Source: Candidatus Iainarchaeum sp.
GTDB lineage: Archaea; Iainarchaeota; Iainarchaeia; Iainarchaeales; JAFCCW01
Length of the DNA: 62,776 nt
Assembly (NCBI GenBank): GCA_017609985.1
Contig: JAFCCW010000005.1
Coordinates: 1 to 62,776, forward strand
Direction of reading: 5' to 3'
Part shown: one piece after another, positions 38,133 through 48,827 of the stretch
Position numbering within the stretch: position 1 is the first letter of the stretch
How the letters are laid out: each line of letters begins with the position of its first letter
Program-made: the position numbers and the translations under genes
Notes under the pieces: model-generated
The model's input: the letters and a program-made list of their open reading frames with translations, nothing else
Database searches by the model: none
What the model was told of the DNA's origin: nothing

Positions 38133-38624
38133 ATGCCTGCAAAAATAGAAAATAAAACCTTTATTCATGATTCAGCTGTCCTGCTTGGAAATGTAGAGAT
38201 TGGAGACAACTCCAGCATCTGGCCGAACGCGGTTCTGCGAGCTGATAAAGGAAGCATTAGGATTGGTGAAAGGACAAGCATTCAGGACTGCTGTGTTCTC
38301 CACGCAGACTGGGAGCAGGGAATTGAAATCGGTTCAAACGTGACTGTGGGACATGGCACTGTTGTGCATGCCTGCTCTATTGGAGACAACTGCCTGATTG
38401 GAATGAACTCAACCGTGATGACTGGAGTGAAACTAAAGGGAAAGTGCATCGTGGGAGCCGGCGCAGTGGTCACCAAGGGCATTGAAGCAGAGAACGCGCT
38501 GATTCTCGGAGTGCCTGGAAAAATAATCAGAGAGTTGAAGGAAAGCGAGCTAAAAGACATTGAAAGAAAAGCACAAGAATATGTTGATTTGAAAGAGAAA
38601 TATCTTGCAAGACAAAATGTTTAA
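38133..38624 (+). CDS. Gamma carbonic anhydrase family (hexapeptide repeat)
   Basis: AVLRAD...IQD.CVLH, VTVGH..VVH, LIGM, G.PGK. Confidence 0.92.
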   Translation: MPAKIENKTFIHDSAVLLGNVEIGDNSSIWPNAVLRADKGSIRIGERTSIQDCCVLHADWEQGIEIGSNVTVGHGTVVHACSIGDNCLIGMNSTVMTGVKLKGKCIVGAGAVVTKGIEAENALILGVPGKIIRELKESELKDIERKAQEYVDLKEKYLARQNV

Positions 38625-38647
38625 AGCAGTTTGAACCTAATTCTTTT

Positions 38648-40474
38648 ATGAAATTCTTGGAAGTAGCTGAGTTCTGGAGCCGGGTGGAGAGTGCTTCCTC
38701 CCGACTCACGATGACAGACATCATTGCAGAAGCACTTGAGAAAGCAGAAAAAAAAGATGTGCGCCCTCTTGTCTATCTATCACAAGGAAAGCTTGGGCCA
38801 GATTTTCTAGAAGAAGACCTTGGTCTGGGAGAAAAGCTCGTAATAGAAGCAATTGCGAAAGCCTCAGGCAATGCAAAAGACGAAGTGCAAAAGCAGTACA
38901 AGAAAATCGGAGACATTGGAGAGCTTGCAGAAAAGTTGTCAGATGGAAGAAAACAACAGTCTCTTGGAAAGCAGGAACTCTCTTTTGAAAAAGTTTTCAA
39001 AAATATGGAAAAGATTACAAAAGCAGAGGGAAAGGGAAGCCAGCTGTCAAAGATAAGACTGTTAGCAGAACTGTTGAATTCTGCTTCAGGAACCGAGGCA
39101 AAATATATTGTGCGAATTCCAATAGGAGCAATGAGGCTCGGAATTGGAGAACCAACAATAATGGACGCATTGGCAATAAACTATCTCGAAGAATTCAGGC
39201 AACAGGAAAAAATTCTTGAAAAAAAACTCGGGAAAAAATACAAAAAAAAAGAAGACCTTGAAAGACAGCTCAAGTTTAAGTTAAGAGAAAAAATTGAAGC
39301 AAAATACAATATTCATCCCGATCTTGGAGAGATTGCGGAAATAATTAAAGAAAAAGGTTTGAAGGGAATTCAAAGTATTTCGATTGAAACTGGAATCCCG
39401 ATTCGCCCGACTCTTGCTGAAAGGCTTCCAAGTGCAAAAGAAATTGTTGAAAAGATTGGAACATGCGCAGTTGAAGCAAAATATGATGGTTTCAGATTTC
39501 AGGTTCACAAAAATGGAGACAAAGTAATTATTTTTTCGAGGAAAATGGAAAACATGACAAACATGTTTCCAGAAATAGTTGAAGGCGTCAAGAAACAGGT
39601 AAAGGCAGACAAGGCAATAATAGAGGGAGAAGCACTTGCATTCGAAGAAGAGACCGGAGAATACTATCCGTTCCAGGTAACAATCCAGAGAAAGAGAAAA
39701 TATGATATTGAAGAAAAAGCAAAAGAACTTCCCTTGAAACTGTTCGTATTTGACTTAATGATGTTTAATGGAAAAGACATGATGAAGGAAACATTTAGGA
39801 AAAGAAGAGAAAAACTTGAAGAAATCATTGAAGAAGGAGAAATTGTTGCACCAACAAACACCATCACCACAAACAAGCCAGAAGAAATCGAAAAGTTTTT
39901 TGAAGAAAGCATTGAAAAGGGATTGGAGGGAATTATTGCCAAAGATCTTGAAGCAAAATATATTGCTGGAGCAAGAAAGTATGCTTGGATAAAACTTAAG
40001 AGAAGCTACAAGGGAGAAATGCAGGATTCAACAGACCTTGTAATAATTGGATACTACAAAGGAAAAGGAAAAAGAGCAAGATTTGGGTTGGGTGGCTTGC
40101 TAACCGCGTGCTATAACAAAAAAGAAGACATGTTTGACTCTGTTGCAAGAATTGGAACTGGTTTAAGCGAACAACAGCTTGAAGAAATGGAGAAAAGATT
40201 AAGCAAAATTTCAGTAAAGAAAAAGCCGATTCGGGTGAACTCTGAAATAACACCGGATGTCTGGACAGAACCAAAGTATGTGATTGAAGTAGTGGCAGAC
40301 GAAATAACTGAGAGCCCAATGCATGTTTGTGAAAAGAAAGGAAAAGAAAAAGGACTTGCTCTTCGATTTCCAAGACTGATTTCTTTCAGACAGGATAAAA
40401 AACCAGAGCAAGCCACAACAGGAAAAGAAATAAAACAAATGTTCAAGAAACAAAAGCACGTGCAAAAAGATTAA
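38648..40474 (+). CDS. lig: ATP-dependent DNA ligase
   Basis: EAKYDGFRFQVH, EGE, FDLM, EGIIAK, WIKLK, ALRFPR. Confidence 0.96.
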   Translation: MKFLEVAEFWSRVESASSRLTMTDIIAEALEKAEKKDVRPLVYLSQGKLGPDFLEEDLGLGEKLVIEAIAKASGNAKDEVQKQYKKIGDIGELAEKLSDGRKQQSLGKQELSFEKVFKNMEKITKAEGKGSQLSKIRLLAELLNSASGTEAKYIVRIPIGAMRLGIGEPTIMDALAINYLEEFRQQEKILEKKLGKKYKKKEDLERQLKFKLREKIEAKYNIHPDLGEIAEIIKEKGLKGIQSISIETGIPIRPTLAERLPSAKEIVEKIGTCAVEAKYDGFRFQVHKNGDKVIIFSRKMENMTNMFPEIVEGVKKQVKADKAIIEGEALAFEEETGEYYPFQVTIQRKRKYDIEEKAKELPLKLFVFDLMMFNGKDMMKETFRKRREKLEEIIEEGEIVAPTNTITTNKPEEIEKFFEESIEKGLEGIIAKDLEAKYIAGARKYAWIKLKRSYKGEMQDSTDLVIIGYYKGKGKRARFGLGGLLTACYNKKEDMFDSVARIGTGLSEQQLEEMEKRLSKISVKKKPIRVNSEITPDVWTEPKYVIEVVADEITESPMHVCEKKGKEKGLALRFPRLISFRQDKKPEQATTGKEIKQMFKKQKHVQKD

Positions 40475-41535
40475 GCATTCTCTAATACAAACTTTTTGAA
40501 AACAGTTTCTAGTTCTTTTATTGAAGAAATACTAACCCACTCATCAACAGAATGAGGTTCCCCTCCCTTTGGGCCAATAATTCCAAAAGGAACTCCTTGC
40601 TTTGAAAACCATTTAGTGTCTCTTGAACCGTTTGCGAAATATTTTTCAGGTTTTTCAGAAAACTCTGTCAAAACTGCTTTCTCGAATTTTTTGAATATCT
40701 CACTTTCAGTATCAACAGTAACTGAGGGAGTAAATTCAATTCTTTCAACAGAAATTTTGTCCGAAACAGAAGAAATTTTCTGAAGGAGTTCATCAGGATT
40801 ATCATGTTCAGTATATCTTATGTCAAGAACAAGTTCTGCATTGTCAGGAATCTTGTTTGGAGCTTCCCCCCCATTAATCAGACCAAGATTATAAGTTGCC
40901 TTCCAATTGTCTTTTTCAGACACATCAGAAAATTGTTTCCTGATTTTTAGAAATGCTTCTATGAGATTTTCAATTGCATTTTCTCCCTGCCAAGGATAAG
41001 CTCCATGCGCAGCTTTTCCGCTTGCAGTGACCCTCAGCCTCATTACTCCTTTTTCTTTCACGACTAAGCTATAGCGTGCATCAGGGCAGATAATAAAAGA
41101 GGGTTTAACTAGTTCAGAAAGAGGCTCTGCTCCAAGCATGCCTCCCTGCTCTTCGTCAAATGTAAAAGCAACTGCAACACTCTTGTCCTTTGGAACAGTC
41201 TTAAGAATAGTCATACAAAAAGCAGCTTGTGCTTTCATGTCACAAGAGCCTCTGCCATAAAGCCTGTCCCCCTCTTCTCGTGCAGTGAATTGCTTTTCTT
41301 CGCCTTCCACAACATCCAAGTGAACAAGAAACATTATTTTTGGTTCCTTTGTTTCCTGAGTGCTGACATAAAGAGTTGGCTTTCCCTGTTTTTCAAAACC
41401 AAATTTGTAAAATTCTTTTGAAGGAAAGAAAGCATCAACAAATTCAAGGCAGGACTTCATCTCTTCAAGATTGTCCTTTGTTGTCTTGAAAGAAATTAGT
41501 TTTTTAGAGAGTTCAATCGTATCCATACTGCCCAC
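40471..41535 (-). CDS. M20/M25/M40 family metallopeptidase
   Basis: HLDVV, GRGSCDMK, DEE, H..DEWV. Confidence 0.9.
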   Translation of the reverse strand: MGSMDTIELSKKLISFKTTKDNLEEMKSCLEFVDAFFPSKEFYKFGFEKQGKPTLYVSTQETKEPKIMFLVHLDVVEGEEKQFTAREEGDRLYGRGSCDMKAQAAFCMTILKTVPKDKSVAVAFTFDEEQGGMLGAEPLSELVKPSFIICPDARYSLVVKEKGVMRLRVTASGKAAHGAYPWQGENAIENLIEAFLKIRKQFSDVSEKDNWKATYNLGLINGGEAPNKIPDNAELVLDIRYTEHDNPDELLQKISSVSDKISVERIEFTPSVTVDTESEIFKKFEKAVLTEFSEKPEKYFANGSRDTKWFSKQGVPFGIIGPKGGEPHSVDEWVSISSIKELETVFKKFVLENA

Positions 41536-41538
41536 ACA

Positions 41539-42426
41539 CTATTTAAGCAGGTTAATTTTTTTTAATGCCTCGCGCTTTACTTCCTCTCTTCCCGCGAAAA
41601 GATAAGAGCGCGGATCAAAGTCAGATGGATTTTTTTTAAGAAAAGCGCGGACGCCGGCAGTGAACGCAAGCCTTAAGTCAGTGTCAATGTTTACTTTTGA
41701 AACACCAAACTTTATGGCTTTTTTTATCTGAGAATCCGGAACACCTTTTGCCCCGTGAATTTTTGCACCATATGCATTGGCTTTGCTCACCAGAACCGGT
41801 TCTGAAGCAGAAGCTCCATGAAGAACAAGAGGAACAGAAACTATCTCGCGAATTTCCTTCAAGCGTGCAAAGTCAAGCTCTGCTTTTTCCTTAAACTTGT
41901 AGGCTCCGTGAGAAGTTCCAATTGCAACAGCAAGAGAATCACACCCTGTTTTATTGACAAAATCTTTTGCCTGAAGAGGGTCAGTGAATTTTTCAGAATC
42001 GCTTCCGATTGCGCCTAATTCTGCTTCAACGCTTGCTCCTTTTTTGTGGGCATAAGCAGAGCATTTTTTTGTAAGCGCAATATTTTTACTGTACGATAGC
42101 TTGCTCCCGTCAATCATGACGCTTTTGTAACCAAGATCAACACATTTTTTTACTGTTGCAAAGTCTTTTCCATGGTCAAGATGAATGCAAGTTTTTACCT
42201 TGCGACAAGAAGACATGTGAGAAACAAGCGCAGTGAGATTGTTCAATCCAGCGTAAGCTATTGCAGAAGGGGTTGTTTGAATCCACAAAGGAGACCGTGC
42301 TTGTTTTGCTGCTTCAAAAAGAGCCTGTGTTATTTCAAGATTGGTTGTATTAAAGGCTGGAACTGCATAATTATTTTTTTGAGCTTCTCCAAGCAAGGTG
42401 GTTCCTTTAACAAACATTGGCATCAA
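41539..42426 (-). CDS. fba: Class II fructose-bisphosphate aldolase
   Basis: IHLDHG, SVMIDGS, EAELG, IGTSHGAYK, LVLHGAS, KVNIDTD. Confidence 0.93.
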   Translation of the reverse strand: MMPMFVKGTTLLGEAQKNNYAVPAFNTTNLEITQALFEAAKQARSPLWIQTTPSAIAYAGLNNLTALVSHMSSCRKVKTCIHLDHGKDFATVKKCVDLGYKSVMIDGSKLSYSKNIALTKKCSAYAHKKGASVEAELGAIGSDSEKFTDPLQAKDFVNKTGCDSLAVAIGTSHGAYKFKEKAELDFARLKEIREIVSVPLVLHGASASEPVLVSKANAYGAKIHGAKGVPDSQIKKAIKFGVSKVNIDTDLRLAFTAGVRAFLKKNPSDFDPRSYLFAGREEVKREALKKINLLK

Positions 42427-42462
42427 CCAAAAGCAATAAAAGTAAGATGCAACTTTAAATAA

Positions 42463-43803
42463 ATGTTTGCAATGAATCTGAAAAAATTTCTAAAAAAGCA
42501 CAAGCTCTCAGAAGGAGATATTGTTGAAATAGTGCAAGAGGGCGGAGAATTCAAGGGAACAATAATTCCCAGCAAAAAAGAAAACCTGCTTGTTCTAAAA
42601 CTCAACTCAGGTTACAATGCAGGATTTTTAAACGAAGAAATTGAAAGCATTAAGAAAACAGGAAAAGGAAAAAAAGTTGGAAAAGGAAAAAAAGAAAAAA
42701 TCAGAAAAAAACCAGGCCTGCCCAACATAGCAATCCTTCACACTGGGGGAACTATTGCGAGCAGAGCAGACTACAGAACAGGAGCAGTAATAACAAGCTT
42801 TGATGCGGAAGACTTGCTTTCCATGTTCCCAGAACTCAATGATATTGCAAATTTTAAGTCAGACCTCATAAGCCAGATGTGGAGTGATGATTTTAGGTTC
42901 AAGCACTTTGAAACAATTGCAAAAGAAATCAAAAAACAGGCAGACAAAGGCGTTGACGGAATAATCCTGAGCATGGGAACAGACAATATGTGTCCGGGAA
43001 CCGCAGCAATATCTTTTGCAATAGAAAAATGCCCTATCCCGATTCTGGTCGTCGGTGCCCAAAGGTCAAGTGACCGTGGTTCGAGCGATGCAGCAATGAA
43101 CTTAATCTGCGCAGCAGAATTTATTGCAAAAACAGACTTTGCAGGAATAGCAATCTGTATGCATAATTCAACTGAAGACAACAAGTGCGCAATTCTTCCT
43201 GCGACAAAAACAAGGAAACTTCACACTTCAAGAAGAGATGCATTCAAACCAGTTAATGATTCAGCAATTGCGCTGGTTGACTATGGCTCGCACTCGATTG
43301 AATTCTTAAAAAAAGATTACTCTAGAAAGAGCAAGGAAAAAATGATTGTAAAACCAAAATTTGAAGAAAAAACCGGTTTCCTGAAAGTACACGTTAACAT
43401 GTTTCCAGAAGAATTTGAATTCTTTAGCAAACAAAAATACAAAGGATATATAATAGAGGGAACTGGCTTGGGACACACTCCTGGCCACGTGCCGAACAAG
43501 GACTGCAAGATTCATGAAAAGATTATTCCAGCAATTAAAAAATTCATCGACAAGGGCGGAGTGGTTGCAATGACTTCTCAGTGCATTTTCGGAAGAGTCC
43601 ACCTGCATGTTTATGACAAAGGAATTGACTTAACAGAAGCAGGAGTTGTTCCGGGAGAAGACATGCTTTCAGAAACAGCTTTTGTAAAACTGGCGTGGCT
43701 GCTCGGAAACTATAAACCAGCAGAGGCAAAAGAGTTAATGGGAAGAAATTTACGCGGAGAAATAACCAAGAGAACGCTTGAAAAAGAGTTTGAATTGGAG
43801 TAG
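42463..43803 (+). CDS. gatD: Glutamyl-tRNA(Gln) amidotransferase subunit D
   Basis: LKLNSGYNAG, TGGTIASRADY, GAQRSSDRGSSD, RKLHTSRRDAF. Confidence 0.96.
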   Translation: MFAMNLKKFLKKHKLSEGDIVEIVQEGGEFKGTIIPSKKENLLVLKLNSGYNAGFLNEEIESIKKTGKGKKVGKGKKEKIRKKPGLPNIAILHTGGTIASRADYRTGAVITSFDAEDLLSMFPELNDIANFKSDLISQMWSDDFRFKHFETIAKEIKKQADKGVDGIILSMGTDNMCPGTAAISFAIEKCPIPILVVGAQRSSDRGSSDAAMNLICAAEFIAKTDFAGIAICMHNSTEDNKCAILPATKTRKLHTSRRDAFKPVNDSAIALVDYGSHSIEFLKKDYSRKSKEKMIVKPKFEEKTGFLKVHVNMFPEEFEFFSKQKYKGYIIEGTGLGHTPGHVPNKDCKIHEKIIPAIKKFIDKGGVVAMTSQCIFGRVHLHVYDKGIDLTEAGVVPGEDMLSETAFVKLAWLLGNYKPAEAKELMGRNLRGEITKRTLEKEFELE

Positions 43804-43808
43804 ATTGA

Positions 43809-44129
43809 ATGAGCATTTTGTGGGATTTATTTGGAGCAATCGGGCTTGCAATGATTCTTGCAGCATTCTATTTAGAACATAAAAAAGAATTTCAGAAACA
43901 GTCTCTTGCATACAATGGATTGAATCTCATGGGCTCTCTTATCCTGCTAGTGTATGCAGTCCATTTAGGCTCGGTAATTTTCATTGCACTTAATTTAGTT
44001 TGGGTATTGATTGCAGGCTACTTTATTCTAAAAAGAGTGAATAAAGAAGGTTTCAAAAAAGATTATTCTCACACTCTGAAGGAATTAAACAATAATGGGG
44101 AAGCAAAAAGCCTGAGGGACCTGCAATGA
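43809..44129 (+). CDS. Small membrane protein (CBU_0592-like)
   Basis: G.IG...IL.AF, Y..LNL.GS..L, F..LN.VW. Confidence 0.7.
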   Translation: MSILWDLFGAIGLAMILAAFYLEHKKEFQKQSLAYNGLNLMGSLILLVYAVHLGSVIFIALNLVWVLIAGYFILKRVNKEGFKKDYSHTLKELNNNGEAKSLRDLQ

Positions 44130-44665
44130 ACCTGCTCGGAATCGGCGGATCCCCTAGAAAAGGAAATTCACAAACAATGCTGGAAGAAACTCTCAGGGGC
44201 GCAGAGCAAGCAGGAGTTGAAACAGAAATTGTTCTATTAAGAGAGCTTAATATTGCACACTGCGATGGAAATGACTATTGTCTTGAAGCAAAAGAATGCA
44301 GGCAGAAGGATGACTTTCAAGCAGTCGCGGAAAAAATGGAGCAGGCAGACTCAATAGTGCTTGCAACACCAACCTATTTTGACAACATGAGCGGATTAAT
44401 GAAGGACATTGTTGACAGAAGCAATTATCTTTACGCAAAAAAAAGCCTGAAAGGAAAAAAAGGTTATGCTGTTATTTCAGGAGGCGGAAAACGAGAGTCG
44501 CTTGAAAAATGTCTGGAAACAATTAAGAGTTTTTACAAGCACGAGCTAATGGAATTTAGCGGAGCTGTTTTGGGAGAAAAATTAGAAAAACAAAATGCAG
44601 TTTCCAAGAATGACTGTTTGCTGAAAAAATGCTTTGAACTTGGAAAAAAAATCGCAGAAGAATAA
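44126..44665 (+). CDS. Flavodoxin/iron-sulfur flavoprotein family
   Basis: GSPRKGNS, ATPTYF...SG.MK..DR. Confidence 0.88.
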   Translation: MNLLGIGGSPRKGNSQTMLEETLRGAEQAGVETEIVLLRELNIAHCDGNDYCLEAKECRQKDDFQAVAEKMEQADSIVLATPTYFDNMSGLMKDIVDRSNYLYAKKSLKGKKGYAVISGGGKRESLEKCLETIKSFYKHELMEFSGAVLGEKLEKQNAVSKNDCLLKKCFELGKKIAEE

Positions 44666-44690
44666 ATTATATTATTCAAAACAAGCCATA

Positions 44691-45326
44691 CTATTCAAAA
44701 GAAGGGCTTGAAAGAAAATCAAAGCACCATTCTGAAATCAATTTGTTGGAATTTTTTGAATCAGAAACCATTTGTTCTAATTCAATCAAATTAGGTTCAA
44801 TAAATTTTAGTTCATAATTTTTCCACAACACAGGATAATCTGATTTAAAATCAGACATTGCAGAATTAGCATCTTTTGCTTTTTCAAGAACAGATTCATA
44901 TACTGGAATCATAGAAGAAAGTTCATCAATTGAAGAGCACAAGTCAACAGGGTTGTGTGAATTAAAATCAATGCTTTCAGCAAGAGACCTTGCTTCAATC
45001 ACCCTGCTTACAAAATCAAGAAAACTTATGTGAACTTTTGTAACTAATTTAATCTGACGAGATGCAGAAGAAGAAAATTCTCCAGAACGGTCGTTCAGCG
45101 AAGAAATTTTACTTTTTAGAAAAGAAATATCATCCTGAGACAAATCAGAAATTGCATCGCTTATGGTTAGTTTGCTTTTCAAAGAAAGATTGTTTTCTGA
45201 ATAAAAAGATTCAATTTCAGAATAACCAAGATGAAATGATTTGCTTGGTTGCATAAAAAAGAATGCAATCACGGCTAACAAAATCAGGCCAACAACCAAA
45301 ACTATTTTTTTATCCATCTTTTTCAC
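44691..45326 (-). CDS. Hypothetical membrane-anchored protein
   Basis: N-terminal TM helix, helical body. Confidence 0.6.
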   Translation of the reverse strand: MKKMDKKIVLVVGLILLAVIAFFFMQPSKSFHLGYSEIESFYSENNLSLKSKLTISDAISDLSQDDISFLKSKISSLNDRSGEFSSSASRQIKLVTKVHISFLDFVSRVIEARSLAESIDFNSHNPVDLCSSIDELSSMIPVYESVLEKAKDANSAMSDFKSDYPVLWKNYELKFIEPNLIELEQMVSDSKNSNKLISEWCFDFLSSPSFE

Positions 45327-45941
45327 CTAACAAGAACAACCCACATCTATTCCGGTTCCAGGATTATAGCCCCCTGTTGAAACAGGAATTCCATTACTGC
45401 CTGAATCAGGAAATCCTCCAAATGGAAATATGTCTGGAATATGCGAAGCTATTGAAGAAGGAACAAGAGGAGGAAAACCAGAGCTTGTGGAATGAGGCAC
45501 AGAAGACTGGGTGAATTCAAGCTCGCCTTCTTCTTCATCAGAAACCGGCTCTTCATACAACCCTTCAAGATAATACTCTGTTTTAGTTTTTGCGATTATC
45601 TTCACAAGATATTTTCCAGGAGAAAGAACTGCGCTAAGCGGAAAAACAACTGTTCTTTGTTCAACTTGTTCAATTTCATCCCTTACAATTGTTTTCTCGG
45701 CTTCTTCAAGCAAATTTCCTGATTGGATAAGTTCCATTTTCACATCATATTTCCCGACATCTTTCAGGGGGTCAAGAAGACGAACCGCAGTCAGAATTTT
45801 TGGCTCAGACAAGACATTATTTTCAGAATCATATTTATAAAAAATCTTGCTGTTGGTTGTTGAAACAGTGAACGGAACAGCAAAGCATAAACTGAAGAAA
45901 AGCAATATAGCCAAAAAAGTAAAAACTAAACCAGAACGCAT
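45327..45941 (-). CDS. Hypothetical secreted protein
   Basis: Signal peptide, Ig-like core, P/S/G-rich tail ending in CSC. Confidence 0.6.
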   Translation of the reverse strand: MRSGLVFTFLAILLFFSLCFAVPFTVSTTNSKIFYKYDSENNVLSEPKILTAVRLLDPLKDVGKYDVKMELIQSGNLLEEAEKTIVRDEIEQVEQRTVVFPLSAVLSPGKYLVKIIAKTKTEYYLEGLYEEPVSDEEEGELEFTQSSVPHSTSSGFPPLVPSSIASHIPDIFPFGGFPDSGSNGIPVSTGGYNPGTGIDVGCSC

Positions 45942-46009
45942 GGAAACTATATTAAATTTGAATTATAAAAAGCTTTCTAGGGCTTGGCAGAGGGATAAAA
46001 ACTATTTTA

Positions 46010-46025
46010 TAGGACAAATGTCCTA
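46010..46025. promoter_or_regulatory. Palindromic operator
   Basis: TAGGACA-AA-TGTCCTA directly upstream of the HTH gene. Confidence 0.6.
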
Positions 46026-46031
46026 AACACA

Positions 46032-46262
46032 TTGATGCCAAAGAAAGGTGCTGACGACAAAAAAACAAGAGAAATAATATCCCTTCTTGAAGACAATCCA
46101 CAGGGCATGTGGGCGCGTGAGATTGCAAGAAAAACAGGCATTAGCAAGAGCACTGTTTCCAGATACCTCAATAGCTATCTTGCAGAACAAGTTGAGGAAG
46201 AGTGGATGGGCAGGAACCGGATTTTTAGAAAGAAAAAAGAAGAAGAGGCGCAAGAAAAATGA
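46032..46262 (+). CDS. Small winged-helix regulator
   Basis: NPQGMWAREIARKTGISKSTVSRYL. Confidence 0.8.
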   Translation: MMPKKGADDKKTREIISLLEDNPQGMWAREIARKTGISKSTVSRYLNSYLAEQVEEEWMGRNRIFRKKKEEEAQEK

Positions 46263-46390
46263 AGCAAAGACAAGAAAGACAAATTGAAATTATCAAAGAA
46301 GAGCTTGAATCAAAAACTTAATTAAGATAGCGCAATAAAATTTTAATGCAAAAAATACAAGAAAATCTTGCTTAAAACAAAAGAGAGCAC

Positions 46391-48286
46391 GTGATGAAAA
46401 TGGAACTTGACTATAAAAAATTAGGATTAAAATGCGGAATAGAAGTGCACCAGCAGTTGGATACTGGAAAACTATTCTGCAGATGTCCTTCTCTTCTTAA
46501 AGAAACAGGAGGAGAAAATTCCCGCATTGTTAGGAGACTTAGGCCAGTTGCTTCTGAACTCGGAGAATTTGATGCAGCTGCACTTGAAGCTTTCAAAAAA
46601 GGAAACTATTTTGAATATCTTGCATTCGATGACTGCTGTTGCTTGGTGGAACTTGATGAAGAGCCCCCAATGAACGCAGACAGAGAAGCTCTTGAAACAG
46701 GTCTCAAGATTGCGTTGATGACAAAAGCAAGCATTGTGAATGAAGCAATTGTAATGAGAAAAGCAGTTATTGACGGGAGCAACACATCAGGATTTCAAAA
46801 AACAATGTTGTTAAGCCACGGCGGTTCAATAGATATAGGCAACAAAGAGATTGGCTTGCAGTCACTTGCATTGGAAGAAGATGCTGCCAGACCAATAGAG
46901 CAAAAGGGAAAAAAAATTGTTTACAGTCTTGACCGTCTTGGAATTCCCTTGCTTGAGCTTGCGACTGACCCTGACATGAATACACCTGAAGAAATCAAAA
47001 AAGGAGCAAAAAAGATAGGAGAACTGTTTAGAAGAACCTGCAAAGCAAGACGCGGTCTTGGATCAATCAGACAAGACCTTAATATTTCAATTAAAGAAGG
47101 CGCAAGAGTTGAAATAAAGGGAGTGCAAAACCTGTCAATAATTGAGGAAGCAGTGAAAAGGGAAGTACAGAGACAAATTTCACTCATTAAAATCAGAGAA
47201 GAACTTAGTAATCGGAAAATAGAAAAAAACCAGTTGAAAAACAATTTTGTTGAAATAACTGACGTGTTTTCTAAAAGCGATTCAAAAATGATAAAAGCAA
47301 CAATCGGCAATGGGCAAAAATCATTTGGAGTAAAGCTTTCAGGATTTGACGGATTGCTTGGGACAGAAATTCAGAAAGATAGAAGATTTGGAACAGAACT
47401 TGCAGACAATGTAAAAGCAAAAACTGGCTTGAAAGGAATTCTTCATAAAGATGAATTGCCAGGTTATGGTATTTCAGAAAAAGAAGTTGAGAAAGTAAAA
47501 GAAAAACTTGGGATTGAAGAACAAGACGGATTTGCTTTAGTGATTGGAAACAAAGAAGATTGCATTACTGGACTGGAAGCGGTTGTCAGCAGATGCAAAC
47601 AGGCTTTCAGCGGAGTGCCAGAGGAAACAAGAAATATTCTTGAAAACGGCAACACTGCTTACTCAAGACCTTTGCCCGGAGCTGCAAGAATGTATCCTGA
47701 AACAGACATTGAACCGGAAGAAATTTTAAAAAAAGAACTGAAAAGAATTAAAAAAAGTCTTCCCCTTACAGTTGAAGAACGAGAAAAACTTTACAAGACA
47801 AAGGGACTAAGTGAAAATCTTTCAGGAAAAATGAAGCTCAGCAACCAAGCCTGTTTCTTTGAAAAACTTTTGAAGAAAGGATTCAATGCAACAACCTCTG
47901 CAGTGCTTTTGCTTGAAACTGCTCGACAGATAGAGCGAGAAACAGGAAAAGAAATCCAAAAAACAGACATCGAAAAAATTCTTTTAATGGAGAAAACAGG
48001 AAAATTAACAAAGGATATTTTTGCTGAAGTTTTAAGAAAGATTTCAGAAGGCAACAGTGTTGAAGAGTCACTCAAAAAAGCAGGAACTGGAAACACTAGC
48101 TCAAAAGAAGTTGAAAAAATAATTGAAGAAATTGTTAAAAGAAATTCAAAAACAATTCAAGAAAAAGGAGACTTTGCCGTCAAAGCGTTAATGGGGGAGG
48201 CAATGAAGGAATTAAGAGGAAAAGCATCTGGCGAAGAGATTATGAAGCTTATTTCAAAAAAAATAGGAGAATCTAAAAATGCTTAA
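46391..48286 (+). CDS. gatE: Glutamyl-tRNA(Gln) amidotransferase subunit E
   Basis: GLKCGIEVHQQL, MRK.VIDGSNTSGFQ, LDRLGIPL, RPLPGAARMYPETD. Confidence 0.97.
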   Translation: MMKMELDYKKLGLKCGIEVHQQLDTGKLFCRCPSLLKETGGENSRIVRRLRPVASELGEFDAAALEAFKKGNYFEYLAFDDCCCLVELDEEPPMNADREALETGLKIALMTKASIVNEAIVMRKAVIDGSNTSGFQKTMLLSHGGSIDIGNKEIGLQSLALEEDAARPIEQKGKKIVYSLDRLGIPLLELATDPDMNTPEEIKKGAKKIGELFRRTCKARRGLGSIRQDLNISIKEGARVEIKGVQNLSIIEEAVKREVQRQISLIKIREELSNRKIEKNQLKNNFVEITDVFSKSDSKMIKATIGNGQKSFGVKLSGFDGLLGTEIQKDRRFGTELADNVKAKTGLKGILHKDELPGYGISEKEVEKVKEKLGIEEQDGFALVIGNKEDCITGLEAVVSRCKQAFSGVPEETRNILENGNTAYSRPLPGAARMYPETDIEPEEILKKELKRIKKSLPLTVEEREKLYKTKGLSENLSGKMKLSNQACFFEKLLKKGFNATTSAVLLLETARQIERETGKEIQKTDIEKILLMEKTGKLTKDIFAEVLRKISEGNSVEESLKKAGTGNTSSKEVEKIIEEIVKRNSKTIQEKGDFAVKALMGEAMKELRGKASGEEIMKLISKKIGESKNA

Positions 48287-48797
48287 ATTAAATCTTGGGT
48301 GTGGATTAGATTACAAAAAAGGCTGGGTAAACATAGATATTGACAAACAAACAAATCCTGACAAAATAGTAAATCTGAATAAGGTTCCCTATCCTTTTGA
48401 AAAAAACTCAGTTGATGAAATAAATGCAAGTCACGTTATTGAACATTTAACTCTCTCCCCAATTGAGTTTTTACTGGAATGCAGAAGAATATTAAAGTAT
48501 GAGGGCAAACTGCACCTGCGTTATCCTAATTTTTATTTTTGGCGAAACAGGCTAAAGTTTTTGAAAGGCAAATTGCATGAAAAAAATGCTTTTCATCCGG
48601 AACATTTTCAAACAGTAACTCTGAAACCGTCATTGATACTTGAAATGGCAAGAATGATTGGCTACGACATAAGGGAAGGAAAACCAGCGTGCGGTGGTTT
48701 AAGCAGATTACTATTCAAGAATAACATTAATCTTAGAGAATATGAAATATATTTCATTATGCGCAAGCGCGGAGAAAAAACAAACAATAAAAAATGA
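48279..48797 (+). CDS. Class I SAM-dependent methyltransferase
   Basis: LNLGCG...GWVNID, HVIEHL, RILK.EG. Confidence 0.85.
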   Translation: MLKLNLGCGLDYKKGWVNIDIDKQTNPDKIVNLNKVPYPFEKNSVDEINASHVIEHLTLSPIEFLLECRRILKYEGKLHLRYPNFYFWRNRLKFLKGKLHEKNAFHPEHFQTVTLKPSLILEMARMIGYDIREGKPACGGLSRLLFKNNINLREYEIYFIMRKRGEKTNNKK

Positions 48798-48827
48798 ATC
48801 TGAAAAACAGAGTAAGGAGGAATTAAA

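Noticed and set aside
46259-46321. 20-aa ORF after the HTH gene
   Set aside because: Too short to support; possibly a remnant.
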